43,365 nt of DNA, taken from positions 1 through 43,365 of the forward strand of contig JALAGF010000925.1 of NCBI GenBank assembly GCA_030167865.1, in the 5' to 3' direction. The position numbers and the translations under genes were made by a program. Under the pieces are notes generated by a model that was not told the DNA's origin, ran no database searches, and was given only the letters and a program-made list of their open reading frames with translations. Positions 9,836 to 21,659 of the stretch are shown one piece after another (within the stretch, counting starts at the first letter, position 1; the number at the start of each line of letters is the position of its first letter). Source of the stretch: Craspedostauros australis. Lineage: Eukaryota.

Positions 9836-11414
9836 ATGGCCGACTTTGAGCCCCCCAAGGAGGATTACGGCCACCCCGATTCCGCCATCCGGCTGGCATC
9901 GTGCGTGCACCGCTTCCGCGTCCCCAAGATGAATCCCAACCGCAACGTCTCCTTCGCACGCGCCTTCAAGACCATGGGCTCGCACCCCAAGACGCGCAAG
10001 ATCATGATCAAGGCGGGTCAGGAACGTCAGAAGCTCAACAACGCCGTGACGTCCGACAAGGTCTCGCATGAACGCGTCGTGGCTGATGCCAAGCGGTACC
10101 AGCCGCTCATCAGCCAGATCCTGCTCACGTGCAAGGTGCAGCCGGAACTGGCGCAGTTGGATGGTGAGTGTGTTGTATTGTGTTGTTTTGCATTGTAGCA
10201 TATGTGGATGTGTTCATGGCATTGCTTGTTTGTTTGTTTGTTTGTTTGTGGAGTATGATGTTGTGATGGTCTCGTGCTGTGTTCTGCATTGCGTTGCGTT
10301 TGTCTGTCTCAATCAAAGCAGACTGTTATTCAGGCCTCAATCAATATCATCACACGTGAGCAGAGTCCTCTACTTTGCATAATATCAACCTACTCTCACC
10401 ACATTGCACTCCCACTCACACACGAGAACAGAACGGCTGATCTTCGAATGGAACTCCGGCGTGGAGAACGACCAGAAGAAGTTCTTCAAATCGGAGGCCA
10501 TCATGTTCGACCTCGTCATGTCCATGCTTGCGGAAGGGTTGGGCAAGGCCGGTGTGGCCACCGAGGCGAGCATGGCGGGAGAGTTCGCCATCGCCAGTCG
10601 AGAATACGCTGCGGCAGCGGGCATATTCGACTTCCTGTCGAAGGACCAACTCCCCAAATGGATCTCGCGCGGCAGCAAGATCGATGCCGACCAACTGCCC
10701 ATCGAATGTTCGTTGGGCATCGCGAGCGCGCTCAAGATCCTGTTCCAAGCCAACGGACAGCAGATGGCCGTCGCCACCGTGCTCATCAAATCCGGCACGC
10801 CCAACTACAGCCTCGTCGCCAAGCTCTGCTTCGGCATCGCCGAACAGCTCGAGGCCTTCGTCGCCGCCGTCCGCGAGGACAGCTTCAAGCAGATGGCGCG
10901 CATGGACAAGGACTTCTTCACGCTCATCACATTCCAAACGCAGATACACAGATCCCTGTCGCAGTACTTTCACGCCCGCTCGCTGTGGGAGCAGCAGGGC
11001 GAGTACGGCACCGCCATCGCCATCCTGCATGATGCCATGGAGGCCATCCAGGTGCGCAGCTCGGCCGCCGGCAAGGGCATTCCCGACGCCAACTCGACCC
11101 GCGCCCTCATCCCGTTGGGTGCCGACATCAAGAAGCTGCGGGAGCACATGAAGAAGCTGCTGCGGTACTGGGAGAAGGACAATTCGTCGGTGTACTTTGA
11201 ACGGGTTCCGCACCACGTGCCGGAAGAGAAGAAGCTGCAGGCCGGCATTCAGATGAAGAAGATGGAGAAGTACAAGCTGGCCGATGCGGAACCGCTGCTG
11301 TTGGCGTTTCCCGAAGGCACGGAGGGTCAGATGGAGCGATCCGACAGCGATTTGATGAAGGAGCTGCAAGCGCTAGAGATCGAGGAGCTGGAGAAGGAGC
11401 TGGCAGGGATGTGA
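9836..11414 (+). CDS. BRO1-domain protein, BROX-like, no V domain (exons 9836-10163, 10432-11414)
   Basis: Intron gtgagt...cag restores the frame. Motifs FEWNS, AAGIFDFL, QQMAV, AKL and EKDNSSVYFERVP match the BRO1 signature (KDNxxIYxxxVP). Confidence 0.85.
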
Positions 11415-11701
11415 AATACTCGTGATTAGACGAGAGTTGAGAAGAGGGCAATGGAGTGGAGTGGAGTGCTCTGGTTGTACTAATACGGGTGTGCGACGCA
11501 ATTGTATGGGTGGATGTAACAACACGGGTACGAGGATGTGGATGCGAACAGGAGCGGCAATGATCATGGAACATGCCGTACCATGTCCAGATACTAGGTC
11601 ACCAGAGCCACTAACAGAATACGAGTAGCGCCAAAAAGTGGCTCTCATTCAATCGCAAATCATGTTGTGAATGTGATCATTCTCTCTAGAGAGCGTTCGG
11701 T

Positions 11702-12913
11702 CTACGTCACCTTCTTGGCTGTAAACAACGACGGCGGATTCTCGATGATGGACTTGCACTGGATTAATCGCAGTTCCTTCGACTTGACGGTCTCACCAGC
11801 CTCCTCGTGCGTCTTCTTGATGACGCTGTACATCGTATTGATGACGATCTCCAACACTGCGCCCAGCGACTTGTCCGAATCGGCATCGGCCGTATGCGCC
11901 AACAACAGGGCCGCCGTCAGATCGCCGGTTCCCGTGAACTGTCCCGCCAAACGCGGACAGTCGATACGCCAAATCTCGGCAACATCCGTCGTCTTTTGCG
12001 ACGCCAGAATGGAGATGGTGCTTTCATCCTCGCCGAAGACGGCGCTCGTGATGAAGACGATGGAGGGACCCATCGCATGCAGCTTGTCGCATGCCGCCTT
12101 GGCCGATGCCATGTCCGTGACGGCGATGCCCGTCAGTTGCTCGGCCTCGAATTGGTTCGGCGTCACGACGTCGGCCATGGGGATGACCTTGGTTTGGTAG
12201 ACGGCGACGAGATCCTCCGGCACGTAGAACTTGCCTTCATCACCGAGGACGGGATCGCAGACGAATCGGAAGTTCTTGGAGTATTTGCGCAACGTTTGCA
12301 GGACGTCGAGGACGCTGGAGAGGAAGGAAGCTGATCCGATGTATCCTGTGAGGACGTGTCCGATGTCGTCCAGGAGCTCGTTCTCCTCGAGGCCCTTCAT
12401 GACCTCTTGGAGCTGGTTGCCGTCAAGGACCTGTCCTGTCAACCATTTGGAGTATCCTGTGTGGTTGCTGAAGTGGACGGAGTTGATGAAATCGACATCG
12501 AATCCAAGCAGTTGCAACGGGAATACGGCGGCCTTGTTGCCGACATCTGATGCACAATTGCAAGAACATCAAGTTGTATTCGTATGGTATGACGGTTGGA
12601 AAGAGTGGCGAGGAGAAGTGCAGTATGGAATGGATGAGCGAGTGCTGGATTGGTTTGTTCTTGCTCTTCTGATGTGCACAATGCGTTGGCTGGCAGCCAT
12701 AGAGCACATGCCATGGTACGTACTTTACTGTTATATGCTGCAACGGACGAGCTGGCGCGATCTTCCACGTTGCGCAAAGCCATCAGTCTCTCCATACGAA
12801 TACTGACATGCAACAGCACTACTCAACTCGACTCTATCTACTCGACTCTCTAGAATACGTAACTTACACCCATGCACCACATGCGACTGGATAGAAAACA
12901 CGCGCTTGCCCAT
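11702..12913 (-). CDS. PDXK: Pyridoxal kinase (exons 12913-12868, 12546-11702)
   Basis: Spliced N-terminus is [30 protein letters not shown]. Further motifs: SNHTGY, LTGYIG, VCDPVLGDEG, TPNQFE and FTGTGD. Confidence 0.96.
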
Positions 12914-13345
12914 GACTGTGCTGTTTGTGTATTGTCGTTGTTGTGTTTTGTGGGGAATGGGTGTGGGTGTGGGCGGACACATCCATCCATGCTGGGTCCA
13001 CAACAAACACCACAACAAGAGTCGCAAGAGATGGTAGGAACCACACAATAACCATGTTTGTCGCTCCAACAATCAATCAAAAGATCGCAAGTGCGTACCC
13101 ACACACAACTTCGTCACGTGCCTTGATGCCGCAGTCCGCATCGTATCCACCCCACCCCGTCCTCCGTCACATCCTATCAAAGCAAGACAGAACGCGTACG
13201 CATATGCATCCAGCTAATTTACTCGCTACATGATTAGGGTTCGATTGTATTCTACAATACGTATGTGGATTAACACGTTCAAGTTATCTTCCTTGTGACG
13301 AATATCGATTGCGCTCTATGGCATGTCGTATGTTGCGAATGAAGA

Positions 13346-14460
13346 TTATATTCCTGCCGGAATACCTGGACTCACAACACCTTGCGGCGTCAATCCCATC
13401 AGATCCTGCTGCATCATGGAGAACATGCCATACGGTGGCACGACGGGCGTGTTGTTGATGATGAGATTCTCGAACTTGTGCTCCATGATCTTGCCCGATT
13501 CGACATCCAGTTTGTAGACGGAGATTCCATCGACGTAGACGGGCCTGCCCAGTGGCACTTTGGGTATCAGGACGGCATTCCATGACACCTTGATGGAGGA
13601 TCTGCAAAAGTCGTACACCATGCGGAATTGAAGACCGGAACGTTCCTTGAACCAGAACTTTAGGAAGGTCTGCAAGAATTTGATGGAGGACTTGTAGTTG
13701 TCGAGTCCCTGTATTGTGACACCGGATGGATCAACGACAGTGATGTCCTTGTGGTAGATGGAGTAGTCTATGTGTGTAAGTGCGTGTTGGGATGATTGTT
13801 GAGGTAACAAAGGAGCGGAGATAACGTGAACGTGAAGCAGAGTGTGAATGAAGTGAAGTGATGGCAAGGATGGATGGAATATGCACTGTGAGACTCGCTG
13901 TGAAGTGACATCCAATGCAATTACGCTGAACAGTACTAATACGAGGCCATCAGACATCAGACATCAGCATCCACATCAGCACGTGTTGTGCCAACACCGA
14001 ATCTGCGGAAAAGAATCCATTCTGAGGCAGATTTCTTCGTCTCCGACGTCCACACCCAACCCCCCATTCCTCCATTGGGTCGCTGCGCCACAAGGTGCCA
14101 CCACAAGGTAACACCACAACATGCCGATCAACCAGCACGCGTGCACTTTCTCACGAACTTACCAGGCTTCCGTCTCAGTATTTCTGGCATGTCCTTGCGG
14201 ATCGTGTCCATGGCCTTGCCCAGATTCATTTGGAATTCACGTCGTTCGTCGGCGATGGAGCGGATCACGGGTGGCAACTGCTGCTGACCGACACTGCTGC
14301 TGGTTATGGTGGTTTCGTTGCTGTTCATGCGCACAATGTCAATGAATGGCATCGAGGAGGATTGTGCCACCGTATTTGCCGCAACGTCCAAGCGGACATG
14401 CTGTGGAGCGAATCCTCTGGTCGTGACGAAGCACGCTGCTACTATGATCGTGCGAAGCAT
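13346..14460 (-). CDS. DUF2358 (NTF2/SnoaL-like) protein, plastid-targeted (exons 14460-14163, 13767-13346)
   Basis: Presequence MLRTIIVAACFVTTRG-FAP. Spliced sequence reads NLGKAMDTIRKDMPEIL...PDYSIYHKDITVVDP...GLDNY...DGISVYKLD...GKIMEH. Confidence 0.82.
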
Positions 14461-15200
14461 CTTTGATTCGTTTGCTGTTGCTTCTATTGCTGCTCCTGCT
14501 GCTGCTGTCACTTTCCTATTGCTATTGCTATTCCTATTCCGGTTGCGTTTGCACAATCACTGGGCTGCGATGTCTCTGCTGTTGCTGTATTTCTGTATTG
14601 CTGTATTGCTGGTCTGATCTGTTTTTGTGAGCTATCTCAAACTCCAGGCAATCTCTGCTTCCTTGCTTTGTTGGTGTTTCTTCCTTCTTCGTTGTTTTGG
14701 TTCCTCTCTCTCTCCCTCTGTGGTTGTGTTCCTCTCTTCTCGCGTGTGTTTGTTGTGCCCCGGATTCGTACGAACGTGGCTACGCACAAAAACAGAGAAA
14801 CAGGTGGATGTGCACAACTCCGTTGTTGCGTGTTTTTGGTTGGTGGATGGCGGAGAATGGGACTGACGTTGGCCACTTCATGTCGCATGCGACAAGAGCG
14901 ACGAACGTAATTGCAACGAAAACTCAGAGGACTCGTTTAGTTTCTTTCTGTGCGCCATTCTCTTCGTCTGATTCAGCCAGTTCGCTTTCTTCTTTTCCAC
15001 TCCAAACCCGAACCAAATGGGAACTGGCGATGACTCCAAATTCCGTGATCGATCCGCTCTTCATCCCCTGAATCATTCCATGATCTGCCCACACTACCAT
15101 AGGTACATGTGTGGAGTACATCGTATTCTATTTCGTACGTGGTCTGCCCAAGTATTCGTCAACTTCGCTTCTCAGCTCAGCGCTTCAGAACTTCAGCACT

Positions 15201-18200
15201 TCACTTCAGAGGAACAAGCACCTCCGTGTCAAGGCCACGAACGCCTTCGATGATGACGCGCAGGATGACGAAGCCGCTATCCTCGCCGCCGCTGGCCTTG
15301 GCCGCTGCCCAATCGAAATCCAACTGCTTCTTCACCTTCGTGGTGCCTCCGCGTGGTGCCTGGAAGGACGTGTACGCCAGCAGGAAACGGCTGCTCACGG
15401 TGCCCAGAATCAAGCTGACGGAGTATCCGCCATCGACGCCCTTGCGATTCTGCTTGCCGCCGCCCTGCCGGTTGATCTCCATCTCGATCTCCAGCGTGCC
15501 GCGTTGTCCGGCGCCTTGCGATTCCTTGCTGGGGTTGAAGGTCGCCTTGCTCTGCTCGATCTTGATCAGCGGCATGCTGTAGATGGCATTCAGAGTGGAC
15601 TTCAATGCGCCAGCGGATTTGCCCTTCGACAGCTTCTTGATCAGGTTGGCGCAGTCGTCGCGCTGCATCTCTCGCAGCGATCTCATGTTGTGCGCCTTGG
15701 CGTTACCGTGCTTTGGTTTCGTGGACAGTCGGTGCACCAGGTCCGCGTTCAGTCCAGGAACCTGCGACATCGGATCGCTCGCCGGCGTCGTGCGGGTCTC
15801 CATCACCTGTCGCACGATGGAGAACTGCGTCACCAGTTCGAACGAACCCTCGGTGGTGCCGTCCTGCAATGCGATGAAGTTCATGGCGGCCAGCAGACGC
15901 GGCGTGTTCTCGATGACGGACTTGGTGTCGTTGATGTAGTCGCTGATTGGCAGCTTCGCTCTCTCCAGGTAGGCTTGCAGTAGGAGGAAGCACTTCGTGT
16001 GGGGATCCTCGTAGATCTCCGGATTCACGTAGGTGCGCTCGCTTTGGCCAGAAACGACAGCAGCGGTGTCTGGACCCCACATGAGCTCGTCGCTCAGTTC
16101 CTCGTTCATGATCTCCTCGTTGTGACGCACCGGCAGTTCGTCGAATTCATGCGTCGATGACAAGGCGTACAGCAACCAAGCGGATGCCACTTCATTCAAC
16201 CGCGTCGGTCGCACGAAATTCACCGGAATTCCCACGCTGATACTGTTGTCGTTGCGACCGTATCTCGATGGGTCTTCCTCCGCCTGAATTTGTTGCAGGA
16301 TGATCTTACGTGCTTGGCGGATGCCGAACTGCATCTGACGAGGCGTGCGGTACTGCAGGTAGTAGTTCGAGCAGGCGGATCCAAGAGTGGTTACCTCCAC
16401 GGGTGCATCCAGGCCGTCGGCCTCGCCGATCTTCACGCACCCTTCCTTCTCCAGCTTCTCCAACGCCTCTTTCGCGCGCGAGAGAAGGAACTCCTGCACA
16501 TGCTCCGGTGACGATGACTCCGCGCCGTAGTAGATGGGATTCTGCTTCACGCGTCTTGCGAAGAACGTCCAGGACAGATATCCCGTGGCATCCAGGATGG
16601 AATTCACGGTCCCGATGGCGACTTCGGCGTTGAGATTTTCGCACAGCCGTTCGCTGAGGCACGATTCGACGGGGAACGGCGAGAACAGGAACTTCTTGTA
16701 AAATACCTTCTTCGAGGTCTCCGCCATCACGACGGCAATGCCTATGGTGTCAAAACCAGGACGACCCGCACGTCCGATCATTTGGAGGACGTCGGTCAGC
16801 GGATAGTCGACGTATCGTGAGCTCTTGCCGTCGTAGTACTCGGTGCCCTTCACGATGACGAGACGTGCTGGAAGGTTGACTCCCCACGCGAGCGTTGCTG
16901 TGGCCACAAGCACTCGGATTTCACCGCTCAAGAACAACCGTTCCACCACATCACGGTCGCTGGCGCTGAGACCTGCGTGGTGCAGACCGATGCCGAACTG
17001 GATCGTGTGGCGTAAGGCCTCGTCCTGAAGAGTCTCCGCGATGGACTCGATGTAAACATCATTGCATCCCAGGAAGGCCTTTGGATTCATGTCGGCCGCT
17101 GCGTACGAAATGATGTCGAATGCTGTCAGACGTGTCTGCCGTCGCGAGGCGACAAAGATCAGCGAAGGTCGGTCCGGTGCATGCTCCTTGATGGCGGCGT
17201 AGCATGGCTTGTTCATGGTCGCCATTCGAGGGCAGTAGTGCTTGCCGGGGTAGCCCTGGATGTGCACTTTCGTCGGAACAGGACGGATAGATGGCCGGAA
17301 GTTGTACAACCCCCTCTTTGCCAACGGCCCATGATCTGAAATGTCGATGCCCATCCAATCCGCCAAATCCAATGGATTGGCAACGGCAGTGCTCAATCCA
17401 ACGATGCGCACGATCTCCTCCTGACGGCCTCCTGTTGTTGCTGCTGCTGCTGCTGTTGCTGTTGCTTTTGTTGTTGTCAAGCTGTCGCTTGCATTTGCAT
17501 CAGCACCGCCGGCAACATGCGATGCATCCGTGTCGGCAGCCTTCACGCCTGCCTGCTGGAGATGACGCGAAATAAATCGCGTCCGACTGACGATCGCCTC
17601 CAACACAGCTCCGCGGTCTTCACCAAGAAGATGGATCTCGTCAATCACCAGCAACCGAACGCGCTGAATGAATTCACGCTTGTTTGAGGTATTACTTCCC
17701 GCGAGGGGGTCCACTGTGCCGCGCCAGCCTCTGGAAATGAGATCCCACTTCTCTGGCGTGCAAACGAGAACATCGGCACGATCCAACGATCGCTGGTCGT
17801 GATGCGTGTCTCCTGACAGTTCCAAAATGGTCCACTTCAACGGTGGCGAGGACAGTTTCTTGGTCCACTCCTTGAGCCGTTCTCTCGCCAGAGACTTGAG
17901 TGGCGCGATGTAGACGCAGATGCCATTGGGGTACAGTCGCTTCATTCGCAGCAAGGCGATCTCGGCGACGAAAGTCTTACCACTGCCGGTTGGTGCACCC
18001 AGCAGCACCGGCGTGTTGGTGTGGTACAGAACGTGGAAGAGTTGCGTTTGGACCGGGTTGAACGTTTCAATGTGAGAGAAGAGGCCTTCGTATCTGACAT
18101 CCTGCAGCGCTGTGGTGGGTAGCGGGGTGAGATCGAGGAGGTTGGTGAAGGTGTTCTTGTGCTTGGGCAGGTTCAATGCGCTGACCGACACGGCATCGAC

Positions 18201-21200
18201 GGTTTCCACGCCCACCCACGAATCCGACACGACCCGCACGAAGTACTGGCTCGGCAACGGGCGGAATGCGGGGACGGGAACATCCAACGTCACCGGCTCT
18301 GGGTAGTTCTTCTTGGAAAACGTAATGTGCTCGGAATGGTGGATTCGGTCGCTGTCCGAATCTTCGATCCAGATCCAATACGACTGCGCACCTCTGTGCC
18401 ATCTCCCATTCCACGCAAAATCAGGATGCACCTCGATTTTGAAACGCAACACGTCGTTGGTCACCGGCATGACGCGAGTGATGACCTTGGGACGCGGCAG
18501 CAGTCGTATCGTCCTCTGGATCTTGCGTCCGCCTTCCCTCTTGAGACGGCAGATCTGCCCGACTTCGTCCGGCGTCATGTCCAGCAATTGCAACGTCGTG
18601 TCGAAGGATCCCATGTTTCTCGTCTGCAACCTGCTCTCCAAAGCCTTGATGATGTTGTCCTTGATCTCCTCCTCGAAATGACGCAACGGCGATTGGAACC
18701 ACCAAAACCGATAATCGAAGCACTTGGCGATCTTGAGCAGTTTGAGTGCGATGGCTGCCTTGCTTTGCTTCATGCACATTTCGAATATGGCGCGCGTGAC
18801 GCGGCCTGCGTTGGCGGCGATGTAGTTCATGTCGCTGACCAACGTGAAGCCCTTGACTCTGGTGCGGGAGATGTAGGTCTGCATTAGCACGAAGGCCTTC
18901 GTCGTAGAGTCGTGGATGGGGCCGTCGTACTTGAGGGGACATTCCTTGCGCAGCTTGTCCAGCTCTTCCTGTTCTTCGGGTCGCAACCTCATCTGCTCGA
19001 ACTCGGTGGCCGACGCAATGATGCTGAAGAGGTCCGAGTCGGTGGGCGATCGGCGCGCACCGAGCATCTGGTTGAAGGTGGAGACGCTCTCGGCTTGGAT
19101 GTAGAAATGCGCGGCGGTGCGACCCAGATCCGTCATGGAGAGGTTGCCGGAGTTTGCGCCGTAGGTCACCATCTTGTTGCTCGTGAGCTCCTCCAGGGCC
19201 ATCATGACCAATTCTCTGCACCTCTCGCGCAGCATGGGGTCGTCGTTCTTCTGATCCTGCGTGATGCCGTAGGCCAGGGGATTCTTGAGCATGCGGACGT
19301 AGAGGTAAGTGTATCCGATCCACGTCACGGCCTCGTTGACGGTAGTGACGGTGCCGCCGACGATCTCGGCATTGAGATGATCCGTGAGCTGCTTGATGAA
19401 GTTGGACTCGATGGGCACGGCCATGACCATCTTCTTGAGGTATCGTGGCAACGCCTTGTGATCCGTGATCAACGTCGCCTCGCCGGATGTGTCGAACTGC
19501 GGACGGCCAGCACGACCGAAGATCTGCTGCACATCGAGGATGCTGAGATCCGTCATCTTGCCCTTTTCGGGGTTGTAGATGTTGGTGCCCTTGATGATGA
19601 CGGTGTGGGCTGGGAGATTGACTCCCCACGCCAGTGTGGCCGTGCAGCACAGCACTTTGATGGCGCCGTCCGCGAACATTTGTTCGCTGAGCTTGCGATC
19701 ACCACGCAGCATGCCGGCATGGTGGATGCCCATGCCGTTGTGGAAGTGGTTTGTAACTTCTCGGTTGCGTGACTTCTTGGCCCTGTCTGCGTACCGCGAA
19801 TAGGCGGCGCCGTTGGGACCTTCATCGCCCTGCGTGATGAAGAGGCGGTCCAACGTGCCTTCTGCCGATGCGGATTCTGCCAACGCCGTTGCGGTGTCGC
19901 CCGTGCCCTTGCGCGAATGGAGGAAGACCATGACCTGGTAACCACGTTCCAATGAGTCCTTGACGATCTCGTAGCAGACGAGGTTCATCTTCTTCTCCAT
20001 TTGGAACCGCTTGCGCTCATCGCCGGTGACTCCGATGAAGGACTGCTGCAACGGCACGGGCCTGTACTCCGGACCGAAGTAGAACAACCCCTTCGGTGGC
20101 ACCTGCAGGAACTCTGCGACGTCGGTGTAGTTGGGCAACGTGGCGGAGAGGCCGACGATACGCTGCTGCCGCTGCCGGCTCTCGACCAATCGATGCAACC
20201 GCGACACGACGGATTCGATGACGGCACCGCGTTCGTCGGCCAGCAGATGCACCTCATCGATGATGAGCAGGCCGCATTGGTTGCCCAACGAATTATCGTC
20301 GTTGCCGGACTTGCGCGTGACGACATCCCACTTTTCGGGCGTCGTGACGATGACGTTGGCCGATTGCGCCTCGGCGCGCGTGAGCTGCATATCTCCCGTC
20401 AACTCGCGCACGATCAAGCGCAGGGGTTTGAGCTTGGCGCCGAACTTCTCTACGACTTCCTGCGCGAGGGCCTTCATGGGCGCGATGTAGACGACCTTGT
20501 CGCCCGTGTCCATGAGGTCCTCCTCGTCGCGGTAGCTGATGAGACCGACGTCACGGAAGTGCGCGGCGACCGCGAGCAAGGCCACGTTGGTCTTGCCGGC
20601 TCCCGTGGGTGCGCAGACGAGCATGTTCTCCCTGCGGTTGAAGGCGGTGTCGTAGACTGTGGATTGCATGGGATTGAGTGACTTGGTGCCGGCAAAGACC
20701 TGCGCGCAGTCCTCGTCCATGATGTCGGCAATGTTCAAGCGTTCATGCAGCGTGGATGGATCGAGCTTGGCGTACGGGATGGTGACTTTATCGTAACCAA
20801 TGTCGTCATTGAACTCGCGTTCCGTGTCCTTGGGCAGGCCTTCCTCGGCGTAGTGCTTGCGCGATCCCTCCGGCATGAGCGCATTCTGGATGGCCTGCAG
20901 CTCCTCCGTGCCGCGGTTCATGAGACCGCCGTCGCCGTACGCCGACTGTTCCACGGACAGCAGTTCGGATTCTTCGAGGATGGCGCCCGCATCCTTGGCG
21001 CGTTGCAATGCCTTGGCGGCCCGCTGCGCTGCTTTCTTGGCCGCCTTCTGTGCCTTCTGCTCGCTCTTGCGCGTGACGGTGTGCGTGGCGCCCGACATGT
21101 CGCCGGGTCCCATGAGGGCCTCCGCCTCCGCCTTGGTGATGGCCGCGATGTGGGCGGCATCGAGCGCTTCCTGTTTGAGCTTCTGTCGTTGGGCTTCTTG

Positions 21201-21659
21201 CGGATCCAGGATGGTCTGCGTGACGAAGGGCGACGTCGTCTCTCCAAAGTCCTGAGCCGTGATGTTGTGCTGGATCTGCGACAGCTGCGGCATGATCTCG
21301 AAGAGGACTTCCATGGCGGCATCGGAAGGTCCCAGGGCCGTGAAGAGGGCCTCCTGCTGCGTCGATTCATCCTGCAATTGGCTGGCATCCCAGATGGCCC
21401 TGGCAAGCTGTTGCGTGCCGATCTGCGAGGGCACCTTGGCGCACACCTCCATCAGCCATCGCATGGAGATGCCATCCGCAGCATCGTCCCCTCGTTCATT
21501 GAGCTTGGACTCCTCCTCTTGATGCTGCAGCACGGGGATGTAGTCTCTGAGGGCGGCAATGAATCGATTCAGGGCCTCCTGCACCTGCTGCTTGGAGTAC
21601 GTCTCCTTGGTCTTTCCGAATCCTTGCTCCTCCTCGATCTGTGTCAGCAGTTCTTCCAT
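15201..21659 (-). CDS. ASCC3: Activating signal cointegrator 1 complex subunit 3 / Slh1-like Ski2 helicase (two helicase-Sec63 cassettes)
   Basis: Two cassettes: APTGAGKT...DEVH...QIFGRAGRPQFD and APTGSGKT...DEIH...QMIGRAGRPGFD. HYCPRMATMNKP favours ASCC3 over Brr2. Likely start is MEELLTQ at 21659, intronless. Confidence 0.93.
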   Translation of the reverse strand: MEELLTQIEEEQGFGKTKETYSKQQVQEALNRFIAALRDYIPVLQHQEEESKLNERGDDAADGISMRWLMEVCAKVPSQIGTQQLARAIWDASQLQDESTQQEALFTALGPSDAAMEVLFEIMPQLSQIQHNITAQDFGETTSPFVTQTILDPQEAQRQKLKQEALDAAHIAAITKAEAEALMGPGDMSGATHTVTRKSEQKAQKAAKKAAQRAAKALQRAKDAGAILEESELLSVEQSAYGDGGLMNRGTEELQAIQNALMPEGSRKHYAEEGLPKDTEREFNDDIGYDKVTIPYAKLDPSTLHERLNIADIMDEDCAQVFAGTKSLNPMQSTVYDTAFNRRENMLVCAPTGAGKTNVALLAVAAHFRDVGLISYRDEEDLMDTGDKVVYIAPMKALAQEVVEKFGAKLKPLRLIVRELTGDMQLTRAEAQSANVIVTTPEKWDVVTRKSGNDDNSLGNQCGLLIIDEVHLLADERGAVIESVVSRLHRLVESRQRQQRIVGLSATLPNYTDVAEFLQVPPKGLFYFGPEYRPVPLQQSFIGVTGDERKRFQMEKKMNLVCYEIVKDSLERGYQVMVFLHSRKGTGDTATALAESASAEGTLDRLFITQGDEGPNGAAYSRYADRAKKSRNREVTNHFHNGMGIHHAGMLRGDRKLSEQMFADGAIKVLCCTATLAWGVNLPAHTVIIKGTNIYNPEKGKMTDLSILDVQQIFGRAGRPQFDTSGEATLITDHKALPRYLKKMVMAVPIESNFIKQLTDHLNAEIVGGTVTTVNEAVTWIGYTYLYVRMLKNPLAYGITQDQKNDDPMLRERCRELVMMALEELTSNKMVTYGANSGNLSMTDLGRTAAHFYIQAESVSTFNQMLGARRSPTDSDLFSIIASATEFEQMRLRPEEQEELDKLRKECPLKYDGPIHDSTTKAFVLMQTYISRTRVKGFTLVSDMNYIAANAGRVTRAIFEMCMKQSKAAIALKLLKIAKCFDYRFWWFQSPLRHFEEEIKDNIIKALESRLQTRNMGSFDTTLQLLDMTPDEVGQICRLKREGGRKIQRTIRLLPRPKVITRVMPVTNDVLRFKIEVHPDFAWNGRWHRGAQSYWIWIEDSDSDRIHHSEHITFSKKNYPEPVTLDVPVPAFRPLPSQYFVRVVSDSWVGVETVDAVSVSALNLPKHKNTFTNLLDLTPLPTTALQDVRYEGLFSHIETFNPVQTQLFHVLYHTNTPVLLGAPTGSGKTFVAEIALLRMKRLYPNGICVYIAPLKSLARERLKEWTKKLSSPPLKWTILELSGDTHHDQRSLDRADVLVCTPEKWDLISRGWRGTVDPLAGSNTSNKREFIQRVRLLVIDEIHLLGEDRGAVLEAIVSRTRFISRHLQQAGVKAADTDASHVAGGADANASDSLTTTKATATAAAAATTGGRQEEIVRIVGLSTAVANPLDLADWMGIDISDHGPLAKRGLYNFRPSIRPVPTKVHIQGYPGKHYCPRMATMNKPCYAAIKEHAPDRPSLIFVASRRQTRLTAFDIISYAAADMNPKAFLGCNDVYIESIAETLQDEALRHTIQFGIGLHHAGLSASDRDVVERLFLSGEIRVLVATATLAWGVNLPARLVIVKGTEYYDGKSSRYVDYPLTDVLQMIGRAGRPGFDTIGIAVVMAETSKKVFYKKFLFSPFPVESCLSERLCENLNAEVAIGTVNSILDATGYLSWTFFARRVKQNPIYYGAESSSPEHVQEFLLSRAKEALEKLEKEGCVKIGEADGLDAPVEVTTLGSACSNYYLQYRTPRQMQFGIRQARKIILQQIQAEEDPSRYGRNDNSISVGIPVNFVRPTRLNEVASAWLLYALSSTHEFDELPVRHNEEIMNEELSDELMWGPDTAAVVSGQSERTYVNPEIYEDPHTKCFLLLQAYLERAKLPISDYINDTKSVIENTPRLLAAMNFIALQDGTTEGSFELVTQFSIVRQVMETRTTPASDPMSQVPGLNADLVHRLSTKPKHGNAKAHNMRSLREMQRDDCANLIKKLSKGKSAGALKSTLNAIYSMPLIKIEQSKATFNPSKESQGAGQRGTLEIEMEINRQGGGKQNRKGVDGGYSVSLILGTVSSRFLLAYTSFQAPRGGTTKVKKQLDFDWAAAKASGGEDSGFVILRVIIEGVRGLDTEVLVPLK

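Noticed and set aside
10416-11369. Long antisense and alternate-frame ORFs (also 18421-19650, 20745-21752, 5369-6202, 31693-32577)
   Set aside because: These are shadows of GC3-rich real genes with no recognisable motifs.
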